Below are positions 11,478 to 22,260 of a DNA stretch of 34,191 nt, piece by piece (position 1 is the stretch's first letter; each line of letters opens with the position of its first letter). This DNA is from Octopus bimaculoides (Eukaryota): contig NC_068983.1 of NCBI RefSeq assembly GCF_001194135.2, positions 120,065,295-120,099,485 on the forward strand, written 5' to 3'. The translations under genes and the position numbers were made by a program. The notes below the pieces were generated by a model, which saw only the letters and a program-made list of their open reading frames with translations, was not told the origin of the DNA and ran no database searches.

Positions 11478-12397
11478 CTACACTGCCTCACGTAGTTGGT
11501 GTGATGCATATATATATTTTTCTCAGACACAAATTGTTAGATAGTTTGATACAACACTGATTATCCAGCCATAAGCAGCAAGTTTCAAAGCCATGAAAGG
11601 AAAATTAAGCACACCATGTTCTGTGCACAGAACATGGAGATCTTTGTGTAACACTTCTTCTCCTTAAGTACAGTGTCAGTTGCAGAAAGGAAACAAGAAT
11701 TAGGTTGATAAACACCAGTTTACATAGAAACCCATTTCTTCACCAAATATATGGACCATAACGGGTTATGGTTGCAGCTAATGCCCACACTCATGCTTTG
11801 ATTCTTAAAGAATCTTACCTTTGAATAATTTTCTCAAAGTGAATTTTGAGAAACTTGTTTAGAGCAAAATAAAGCAAGTAGGCTCTTAGAAAAGAAAGAT
11901 AATTAACAGAAAGAAACTTAAAGGTAACAAAATAACACTAATGAAGACATGCAGTCATTTGCATAGAACCTAATAAAGCAAATAAATTTAGTAGTTTTAC
12001 AATAAGCACTGAAATTAATTGTTAAAATAGGTTAAAATGGAAGAATATGTTAGAAAAAAAGCATGAAACTGAAACCAAATGAAACATGGCAGGCATCTCA
12101 CCAAAATTGACTGAAGGCATACTAGTATCAAGACTCAGTACAATGTTTAGTAGCACCAGTGGAAGATTGGAAATACCTGAAAAACATGGATATTTAGTTT
12201 ACCTCAGTACTGCATCACACAGGAGTAGTGGAGATGTAGACTGATTGCGCAGCTAGCCTGCTATGTGTATGTATGTATATAAATATATACACACACACAC
12301 ACACACTTACGTACATATACATGCATGTACGTGCACAGGTACACATATACACACACACATACATATACATGCATGTACGTGACGTGCACAGGTACAT

Positions 12398-12436
<39 letters not shown>

Positions 12437-12437
<1 letters not shown>

Positions 12438-13320
12438 TTTAGGGGTGCCAAAAAGTAATGTTACATTACATGTAATGAGTTCAAATCAGCATAAAACATA
12501 TAAAAATATTTATTCATTCAAAATATAATCACCACCATTAGCAATATTTTCCCACCTTGAATCCACCTTTCTGGTTTCTCAGGTAAAAAAATGTCAGGTT
12601 CTTTAGAAGAAGAAAATGATTGGAGTGCTGTTTTGACATTGTTCCTGCTTCCGAGTTTTTTTCCACTGATAAAGTATTCAAGTGATCTGAATCAGTGAAA
12701 ATTTGATGGTGCTTGGTTTGGTGAGTAGGAAGTGCCAGGCAGTGCTTTGCAGCTTAATGAATTTATCTTTCCTTTGTTATCTCCACTGCATTATCACGAT
12801 GCAGGATGATTTCCATTCTGTTGACTAGTCTTGGTTGGTTTTTGAGCAAAACTTGATTGACATGTTCAAGTTGATGACAACATAGTTCTGTGGAGATACT
12901 TTCCTTTGTTCTTATAATTCAAAGGAACAATATTTATTGTATTCCACCAAACACAGCAAAATCTTCTTTCAGTGTAGATCTAATATGAGTGTTGGAACTG
13001 GATTTTCATTTGGCAAAAGCCACTGCTTCTTATGTTTATTGTTGGCACTGATTATCCATTTCTTATGACCTGTTGGAATTTCATTAAGAAATGAGGTTTC
13101 TTCATTTCTGATTGGTAAATTGCTGAACACACTGCTTTATTCTCAGGAGACAGCTTGTGAACTCACTTCTCTCTAAACACTTTCCCAATCTACATGCAAC
13201 GATCTTGCACAGTGGACCACGGTTTTTTGACTTCCATGATAAGTCTCCAATAGTTTGACATGGACCCTATTCAATTGCTATTTGCTTGAAAATAAGACAT
13301 TACTTTTTTGCAACTCTAAA
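12437..13320 (-). mobile_element. Mariner (Tc1/mariner) element, internally deleted and inactivated, both TIRs present
   Basis: TIRs TTTTAGGGGTGCCAAAAAGTAATG / TTTAGAGTTGCAAAAAAGTAATG (Hsmar1-like), each flanked by TA. Pseudo-translation FLNEIPTGHKKW...CCHQLEHVNQVLLKNQPRLVNRMEIILHRDNA...SYSPNQAPSNFH*FRSLE corresponds to TGDEKW / HDNA / YSPDLAPSD. Confidence 0.92.
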
Positions 13321-13829
13321 TACACATACATACACACACACATATATATATATATATACACCAACAAGTACATACACACATACATATATATACACACACA
13401 CACATATATGCGTACACACACATGCACACACACACACACACACACACACAAGCAAAGTAGCCAGTTAGAAAACCTCTATAATCTATGGGACAGCCATATA
13501 GAAGTGGTGATAAACATTACACATCATTCAATTCAGCTGTCTCAATTGAGTGATGAGGCATGAATGTCCAGTCTGGATTGAAGTCACTTTAGTCTTTTGC
13601 TAGCTGAAATATCTCATCTGTGCATGCCACAGCTACAGATCATAGCTACATTTTGCTAACTGAACTAGTTGATCCTGATCGTCAATGGTTTGTCTGTTCA
13701 TTTGCTCAACCTCTATTAGTGTTCACCATGGATGAACTCAAAGTGATCACACAGACTTAGTTGATTTAACTAAATTTTCTGTTTGAACATTGGACTGTGA
13801 ATGTCATAATCGTTTCTGTTATTGGCTCA

Positions 13830-14030
13830 AAGCTTGAAATTTTAGGTGAGAGGAACCAGTCGATTGCATCAACCCCAGTGCTCAAGTGGTACTTGTTATA
13901 ATGAGTCCAAAAGGATGAAAAGCCAAGTCAACTTTGACAGAATTTGAGTTTGGAATGTAAACACAGGCAAAAAGCCACTAATATTGTGTCTGGTGTGCAA
14001 ACAATTCTGCCAGCTTGTTGCCTTAGATTG
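13830..14030 (-). mobile_element. SINE family A, reverse copy
   Basis: Reverse complement matches the 9760-9968 motifs. Confidence 0.75.
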
Positions 14031-14121
14031 TTAATTTCATAATGCAATGAAAACTTGTTTACATTCAATATTCTTTTATTGTTTCAGACATATCATGAAT
14101 ATAACTAATGGTTATGTGAGC

Positions 14122-14370
14122 CTAGTCTTGCAGGCTCATGAGTGGTGGTGTCTTACAAAAAACACCTGTACTGGTGCCACATATAAGTACCTGGGCTAGT
14201 GCCACGTTAAAAGCACCAAGTACACTCTGTAAAGTGGTTGGAATTAGGAAGGGTATCCAACCAAAGAAACCATGCCAAAACAGACAAATGGAGCCTGGGA
14301 AGCTCTCCAGCTTGTCAGCTCCTGTTAAACTGTCCAACCCATGTCAGCATGGAATGATGATGATGATAAT
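14122..14370 (+). mobile_element. RTE-tail-related short element (family D) ending in (ATG)n
   Basis: GTCCAACCCATGTCAGCATGGAATGATGATGATG tail, shared with 16112-16270(-), 21762-21812, 25143-25390(-) and 26862-27119. Confidence 0.8.
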
Positions 14371-15128
14371 ATTACTTGTGCTCCATGCTCACTTCATTAG
14401 ACAAAGATACGAGCACTACTAGGAACAATAAGGCACATATATCATCATCATCATCATTTAACATATATATATAATCTTGGATTATGAGTTGCACCTACCA
14501 GCCTGAACACCATCTTATCAATGCCCAAAACAATTGACCATGTAATCATAGACTCTTCTGCAGAATGCATTGTACATCCTCTATGACTGCCAACTTACAG
14601 AACTGAATGGACTTACATAATATGATTAGCTACTTTAGCACTGTTTGGTGAATACTATGAACTTATTTGCAGTGGGAGAAAGACAGAATAATGATTTTAG
14701 GCAAGGTAATGAGAGATGGTAAAGTATAATGGGAAGAATAAATTTATAGCTGTGTGAGGCTGGTAGTAGGACAGAAGTCATTATTGGGGAGGGAGTATTG
14801 GTTGAACTGGAGAAAGAAAAAGGATTAGTGGAGGAAAGGAACGTAAGAGAGAGAGAGAGAACAGAGAAGGGTGGTGAGGTTCCATAGTCATTGAATGAAA
14901 GAGGTGTGGGGGTCATGGAGATATCTTATGACATTATATATATATATATATATACACACACACTATTCTTTTAAAGGAATAGTGTTGACAGTGATTTCAA
15001 AGTTTTGACTTGCTTAGCCTTCATCAGACTAAATATGTTTTCTACAAAATGTATAGAGTAATCCTTCAGTTTAATGTAAAATTGTTTTTATTATAACTTG
15101 ACACATAAAACAAACATTAATATGTGTA

Positions 15129-15216
<88 letters not shown>

Positions 15217-15902
15217 TACATACATACACACACACTGGTTGATTGACGTTTCATGTGTAAATTTTATATAGCACAAGTTGGTGGCTTGTTGGCAGTGTGT
15301 TTAATGTTGGAGATTTCCTTCTTCAACTGATCTGAAGTGTCATTATTTCCAGAGACAGAAAGCAGGACTTGAACTCAAAACCACACAGAACAGGAATAAG
15401 CATCACAAGATATTCTGTATGATGTTCTAACGATCCCACTAATCCACTGCCTTGAGCTGGTATTTTGTTTACTGACCCCAAAATGTAGAAAAACAAAGTT
15501 GACTTTGACAGAAATCAAACTCTGACTGTAGTAAGTCAAGCACTGATCTGATTATACTGCGAATTCACTCCCAAGAGTGTGTACATAAACAGTAAAATTG
15601 TAATATATCTCACTAAGCAGTCTATAATCATTTAACTGCAGGAAAAACAATTATGTCTGGAGATGATATAGAATATAATTATGTATTTATTTCGGTATGT
15701 GGCTTCATTTTATGTTCAAGTCTCTTCATTTAAGCTGTACTTGTATAGCATAATAATATTGCTTTAAACATGATTGCTTTTTACTTTCACAGTTCTCTGT
15801 AATTGCTTTTAGAAAATAAATATTTTTGTTCTAAAAGCAAAGTATTTATTCTTATAATCAAACTCAGAATTACTATTCAAGTCTGTATGTCATGTGTGCA
15901 TC

Positions 15903-15935
<33 letters not shown>

Positions 15936-16012
15936 GTAATTGAAATGAGAACTCTACTCTCAGAAACACACATTAAACACTTAGTTGTCAGGCAGAGCCC
16001 CATAAATAGTCG

Positions 16013-16107
16013 GTTAATTTAGTACTTGTGTGTTAATTTAGTACTTGTGTGATATCCACATTTAGTACTTGTGTGTTAATTTAGTACTTGTGTGATATCC
16101 ACATTTA
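16013..16107. repeat. Short compound tandem repeat (ATTTAGTACTTGTGTG x4, as two 44-bp units)
   Basis: Direct reading. Confidence 0.9.
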
Positions 16108-16111
16108 AAAT

Positions 16112-17350
16112 TCATCATCATTTAACATCTGTTTGTCCATGCTGGCATGGGTTGGATGGTTTGACCAGAGCTGGCAAGCTGGGGAGCTGCACCAGACTCC
16201 AGTCTAATTTAGCATGGTTTCTATGGCAGGATGCTCTCCCTAACACCAATCACTGTACAGAGTGTGCTGGGTGCTTTTACATGGCACCATATAGGTGCTT
16301 TCACATGCCTTGCACAAGGCTTTCATGTGGCACTTCATGAGCACTTTTATGTAACACTGCACAAGTGCTTTTACATGGCACCACACAGGTGCTTTCATGT
16401 CTCCACACGGGCATTTTATGTGGCATCACACTGGCACGTTTACATGGCAGTGCATGTGTACTTTTACATGGCACCACACATGTGCTTTCACATGGCACCA
16501 CACAAGCACTTTTACATGGCACCACACAGGCACTTTTAGATAGCACCACACAGACAATTTTACATAGCACTACACAAGCACTTTTATGTGACACTGCATG
16601 GGCACTTTTATGTGGCACTGCATGAATACTTTTATGTGGTGCCGCCACAAGTGTTTTACACCACTAGAGGGACTGGTCTTAACACTTCTGCTGTGAAGTA
16701 TGGGTTTTCTTGGTACAGTAAGGCGCCAGGCATCTTGGCCTTTTGTTATCTCACCTGAAATGTTCAGCATCATGAGGTTGTTCTTCAGTACTTCAGCCCA
16801 TGTCTTCCTGGGTCTCCCACTTTCATCTACTTTGAGAGACTGGCACTTCTTTATGGAGCTGTTGGCATCCATTCACATCACATAACCAAACTAGCACTCT
16901 GTTGAACATGTATACTTACATTACACATCCAGTGGAGAATATTAGCCTCATTCCTTTCTAAGCTTTGCATGCCCTCTGCATCCAGGGCCTACATCTCATT
17001 ACCATGTAGAATTGCTGTCTGTACACATGCATCATACAATCTTCTTTTCACTTGGAGAAAGAAACCTTTCATGGCCAAGAGAGGTAACAGCTCTCTAAAT
17101 TTCCTCTTTCTATTCTAGCTATCACACTCTCTGTGCATCCTCCCTCGCTACTAATTTGGTCCCCAAGGTAGCAGAAATTATCTACTACCTCTAATGAGCC
17201 ACCAGGACATCTGAGAGAATCAATTTCCTGAGTCTCTGAAGTTTTTACAGATCCTGGGCATCTTCCACATACAAAAATTATCTTCCCTGATAACCTTCCT
17301 ATTAATTCACAAGTATAATGATGTATCTTCTAATGAACATGCAGGCATAC
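16112..17350 (-). mobile_element. RTE-clade LINE 3' fragment (RT end plus 3'UTR with a 24-bp minisatellite at ~16270-16650)
   Basis: DSLRCPGGSLEVVDNFCYLGDQISSEGGCTESVIARI...RLYDACVQTAILHG...ERNEANILHWMCNV...GRPRKTWAEVLKNNL, with stops and frameshifts. Tail AAATGATGATG. Confidence 0.9.
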
Positions 17351-18239
17351 TTGGATGTGCATTCACAAACTAACTTAAAAATAACAGGACTTCAACTTTA
17401 AATTCTCACACTTATCTAATACCTCACTAACTCAACACACCAGCTTGGATATAGAAATGAGAAGATGATATGGTAAATAATCCTCAGAATGTTAAGTAAC
17501 AATTGATGGAAACATTCTCAACCAGAAATATTGCTACTAGGTGTGCAAGTATGAGAGTATGATGTCTTAATGGATAGGGTGGCAGACAATCAGCTGAATG
17601 GCTGGCAGTTCATATTCTGTTGCCATCACTATACTGTATCTGAGGTAAAGATATTAAAAAAAAAAAGGCCCAGTGTACATAGTTGTATATAAATAAGCTC
17701 CACAGGATCAGAAGAACAACTCACCACTACCAGCAGAGGTAAAATTGCAAATCTGACAAATGGTTTGTTAGCTTGCAATACTAAGTCCAAATCCTTCCGT
17801 GGATCTAGAGTAGTTAAGTAATCACCTTCAAACTAGAGTTCACCTATTCTTGCTACATCTTTGATTTTGATTATGACTAAGTGATATGAGCGATATCTGA
17901 TATGTATACAATGCTTGACATTAAACCAATCACACACAAACAAGCACCACCAGGTGAACATTTCTGCCATTAGGGATAACTACTAAAGGAAGGCTCAAAC
18001 TTCAAGATATGAATTTTAAACTTATTTCAAACTTATGGTACAATAAACAGATCAGTATTTTAAGGAAACTTTGTCTTCTGATGATTGGCTATAAAATCCT
18101 CAAACACATTAACTTGTAGAAAATATTAGGAGTTACTTAAGAAGTGATGAAATAAAGAAGCTGTCACATGATTTATATTCCATATCCTATGGATACAACT
18201 AGAAACGATACAATAGTAAATAAAAATAGTAATAATAAT

Positions 18240-18375
18240 CCTTTCAAATAAAGGAACAAGACCTGGAATTTGAGATGGGGAGACTAGTTGATTACATTGA
18301 CCCCAGTGTTTCACTGGTACTTAATTTATCGACCCCGAAAGGATGAAAGGCAAAGTTGACCTCGGCAGAATTTGA
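18240..18375 (-). mobile_element. SINE family A fragment
   Basis: ACTGGTACTTAATTTATCGACCCCGAAAGGATGAAAGGCAAAGTTGACC is the reverse of the family A core. Confidence 0.8.
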
Positions 18376-18384
18376 TAATAATAA

Positions 18385-19777
18385 TGTCAAATGCATTATG
18401 CTTTCATGTAGTTAGCTGAAGGGAGAGGCAAAGTACAAGAGAAAAAGAGGGAAAGAGAAGTGTTAATGACATGAGGTAGCGGGGAATAGCTATGTGGTTA
18501 AAAAGTTAGTTGAGGGGAGAGATATATAAAAAGAGATTGCGAAATACAATGTTGAGCAGAGGAGTGATGTTCTGTGGTGAGTTGAAAGGCAGAGAGAGAG
18601 AGAGATAAAGAATAAGTAATGACATTATCACCACTAATGTATTACGCTGTGATGTGGTTAGTGGAAATGAGAAGTAAAGAGAAAGAGAAAAATGATAATG
18701 ACATGAAGAGGGGAATGACCTGATTAAAAGGTTTGTTGAAGTTAGAGGTAGAGATAAATATAAAGTGTTTAGCAGAGAGAAAATTTAAACATCATCTGAT
18801 ACATTATTGTGACCAACAAGAAAATAACATTCTAATCAATTTTTTTAAATATCTTCTATCTGTCAATCTATTTCTCTATCTATTCACACTGACAAATACA
18901 TTGATGGGTAGATGGTAGAAAGAAGGATAAATAACTTATCATAGATAGAAAGAGATTTTTCAATGAAAGTAAAATAACTCAGCAAAATAGCTGCGGGTGT
19001 TATTTTTCAATTTATTTGTTATTCAAACTTTGTATTGCCAAAAATTAGTTATAAACAAACAACTGAACTGAAATGAAATAAAAATATTCTTAGTTGGCAA
19101 ACAACTTAGACTAAGTTTTGTTACTGGAAACTATAATGGTCATGATGATGATGGTGATGTAAAGTTGATAGTGAAAATTGTATTTTTTTTTTAACTAAAT
19201 TTTTCATATTGCCTATCACTTAAAGCATGTGCATAAATGCAACTGTTCATCATCTGCTTGCTTGAAAATTGATATTCGTTTACAGAATACGGATGAAAGA
19301 CAATGTAAGCTAACAAGAGAATGAATGAGACTATATAGACAACACTATAAAGAGCAGAGGGCCAAATCACTGAACAAGCACAGTAGAAGATAATATGAAT
19401 CAAAGAGAATACAGTGAGTCTGCACAACATGTAAGGAAATGTGTTCAAGATAGAAGAGAGAATGAAATTGAGAGAGTATGTCAAAAATACTGTAAACATG
19501 GTTGAAAGTCACAACATTGATGACATGACTATTCTCTGTAATCATTGCGAAGCTCTTAGATTTATAAATGAACCTCTGAACTGCTGAGAGAATAGGAAAG
19601 TCATGCTCCTTCAATTACAACCTGATCCAGAAGAACTGAGGGTTTTTTTTTTTTTAAATGAAAATAATGTAGAATATACAATTTCAAAAGAAATACTAAT
19701 TTTTATGGTTCTATATAAACTTCCAACCATCTAAAAATGTTTCATATTTATCATAGAATTTCTACAGATACTACTAG
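18385..19777 (+). mobile_element. Helitron deletion derivative 2 (retains the Rep N-terminal Zn-finger region, ~19498-19645)
   Basis: VESHNIDDMTILCNHCEALRFINEPLNC*ENRKVMLLQLQPDPEEL resembles the H..G.M...C.HC.A..F..E....CC..GKV.LP.L..P motif of Helitron_like_N. Ends TAGAATTTCTACAG-ATACTA-CTAG|T. 5' region shared with 8400-8733. Confidence 0.8.
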
Positions 19778-19804
19778 TAGTAGTAGTAGTAGTAATAATA
19801 ATCC

Positions 19805-20003
19805 CTTTTACTATAGGTACAAGGCCTGAAATTTTGGGGGAGGGGACCAGTCAATTACATCGACACCAGTGTTTCACTAGTACTTAATTTATCGACTTCG
19901 AAAGGATAAAGGTGCAAAGTCGACTTCAGAACATAGCTATAGGAAAAATTCCGCTAAGCATTTCGTCTAGGATGCTAACGATTCTGCTAGCTTGCCATCT
20001 TAA
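19805..20003 (-). mobile_element. SINE family A, reverse copy
   Basis: GCTAAGCATTTCGTCTAGGATGCTAACGATTCTGCTAGCTTGCC is the reverse of the family A head. Confidence 0.85.
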
Positions 20004-20530
20004 TAATAACAGCAACAACAATGACGAATAGCAGCGCAAGTGAAAATTCCACAGTCATTTTGAAAATCTTATATTTTTCTGAAGCATTTCGTTCTTGAGA
20101 TAGGGTAAAAGTCCACATAAGTAGAAGTGTAGATACAATTTCAAGAAACCACATCGTTGAAAGCCAAAACCTTATGTCTTCTGTGCTGTGAGTTGTTATC
20201 TGTTATCATTCACGTTATGTCAAGAAGTAAACAATGTTAACTATAGAACAAAATCAATACTGTACATTGGTAAAGTCTTAACAAATCTTAACATGGATAT
20301 TTTAAAAAACTACAAGACTTAGCAGTCTACCTGTATAGCTATTAATCTATCTAACTGTACATTTGATATATCTGTTGACTTATCTATCTGCTTGTCAGTC
20401 TATCTATCCATCTATCTACCAGTCAGATAGTCAGTCTACTTTTCTTTCTGTCAATGTTTGCATTTGTCTACTCCATCAAAATGGATAAGCATTTAAATCA
20501 AATAACAAAAAAAAAAAAATAAAACAACAA

Positions 20531-20850
20531 CAGAATAATGGCAATGCCACAGCCTTTGAACTGAAACATGTGAAAAATAACATCTAAAGTTATTTGCTAA
20601 TTAAAGTTATTTAATTTAATTAAACTATCAATATATCTAGCCATTCATCTTTCTTTGCCACTCTTTCAACTATACCACAATCTCTAGTGTTAAACATTCT
20701 ATTCTTCTGTACTTCTTCCTTCAAATAACTATTTAACCACATAACATAACAGCAGTCTCTTTCTCCTAGCTCTCACCACTAACACTCTTCTCTCTTTTTG
20801 CCTCTCCTTTCAACTAGTCCTGTGACAGCATATTAACATATAGAAATAAT
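20531..20850 (-). mobile_element. Short non-autonomous Helitron-family derivative 3
   Basis: The reverse strand matches the 5' region of derivative 2 (AGTTGAAAGGAGAGGCAAA...TATGTGGTTAAATAGTT). Ends in a TGTGGCATTGCCA hairpin-like motif. Confidence 0.55.
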
Positions 20851-21215
20851 AATAATCATAACCACAAAAACATAAACCTAATCATTTGTATACATAGATG
20901 CAAAGTCACAAACTTATGGAAAATAGAGAAATGGGATACTGTGATATTTATATTACCAAGAGAAGTTGTCATGCGAACGATTCCAACTTAAATGCTGCCA
21001 TTACCACCATCATCATCACTCACACCACGGTCAATAGTGAAGCATTCTAAACTCAAGGCCATTGCCACAATAATAACAAGCTTATTTAACAAACTTAAAA
21101 AAAACAACAACATCAAGATAAACAACAAAATACAGACAGAGGCAAATAAGGAAAAAGAATGAAAAGAATATAGCAAAAAAGGGGGTAGAGAGAGAGAGAG
21201 AAGGGTTAAACTCAC

Positions 21216-21297
21216 CTTTCCAGTCTTTACCAATACAAACAACAAAGTGATTGATGGACAACATTGCAGCATGAAGGGACATCAAACATATGTAGAG
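21216..21297 (-). CDS. ZDHHC3: ZDHHC3/7 coding exon 4 (82 nt): LYICLMSLHAAMLSINHFVVCIGKDWK-G (TM3)
   Basis: Acceptor GTTTCAG| (21298-21299), donor G|GTGAGT (21215). Resembles [27 protein letters not shown] of ZDHHC3. Phase 0 to phase 1. Confidence 0.93.
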
Positions 21298-22260
21298 CTG
21301 AAACAGAGACAGTGTACAGTAAATTTAGTTTATTTGAGCAGGCATATGTAGAAATGAGAGACAAATATCAGGTATATATGAAGGTGTAAGAGAGACATAC
21401 CAGTTATATATGTAGAGATGTGACAGAGACAGATATCAGTCACATGTAGGGATGTAATAAAGACAGGTATCAGTCATATGCAGAGATGTGACAGGTATTA
21501 GTCACATGTATAGATGTAACCGAGACAAAAATTAGTCACAAGTAGAGATGTAACAGAGATAGACATCAGTCATATGTAGAGATTTAACAGACAAATATCC
21601 ATACTCGACACAGTGTAAGTGCCTTGAGAGAAAAGTTGGATCTAAGAAGCACCAGATGTTGTGTGCAAGAGAGACAACTGCACTGGTATGGTCATGTGGT
21701 GAGAATGTGTCACACTGTAGTGGTTGAGGGAACCTGTGGAAGAAGTAGACCCAGGAAGACCGTCCAACCCATGCCAGAATGGAAAGCAGACGTTAAATGA
21801 TGATGATGATGATATCAGTCAAATGTACAGATGTAACAGAGACAGAAATCAGTCACAAGTAGAGATGTAACAGGGATAGATGTCAGTCATCTGTAGAGAT
21901 TTAACAGAGATAGATATCAGTTACATACATAGAGATGTAATAAAGACAGTTATCAATCATATGTAGAGATGTAACAAAGATATATTAGTCACATGCGTAG
22001 AGATGTAACAGAGACAAATATTGGTCACATGTAACAGACAGAAATCAGTCACAAGTAGAAATGCAACAGAGACAGGTACCAGTCACATGTAAAGATTTAA
22101 CAGAGACAAGTCAATCACATATATAGAGATGTAATAGAGACAGATATCAGTGACATGAGATGATGCGACAGAGAGACATCAGTTATGTAGAAATATCTGT
22201 CTACATATGAGTGACATCTGCTACTGTTAGACATCAGATACATGTAGAGCTCTAACAGAC
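21281..22260. repeat. ~34-bp minisatellite (consensus ATATCAGTCAYATGTAGAGATGTAACAGAGACAG, roughly 20 copies) starting at the exon-4 acceptor
   Basis: Direct reading. Interrupted by an RTE fragment at ~21600-21812. One inverted unit at ~22195-22220. Confidence 0.92.
21600..21812 (+). mobile_element. Internally deleted RTE LINE fragment inserted in the minisatellite
   Basis: SVSALREKLDLRSTRCCVQERQLHWYGHVVRM...GRSRPRKT fused to the family D tail ...ACGTTAAATGATGATGATGAT. Confidence 0.85.

Noticed and set aside
16301-16648. Cys-rich ORF resembling a metallothionein or keratin-associated protein
   Set aside because: Produced by a 24-bp minisatellite in an RTE 3'UTR; frames are open on both strands for the same reason.
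17725-17804. 80-nt AG/GT-bounded open segment with the phases expected for exon 5 (DPRKDLDLVLQANKPFVRFAILPLLVV)
   Set aside because: No resemblance to the conserved CS.FSPP...GTQ...DET exon, and a weak pyrimidine tract. Treated as chance unless RNA-seq shows it.
20988-21272. Hydrophobic ORFs 20988..21272 and 21082..21285 as membrane-protein exons
   Set aside because: Out-of-frame overlap or intron read-through of exon 4 into T/C-rich low-complexity sequence.
21300-22260. Repeat array as a possible CRISPR-like locus
   Set aside because: Contiguous degenerate tandem units without unique spacers, no cas genes, and a eukaryotic intron context.
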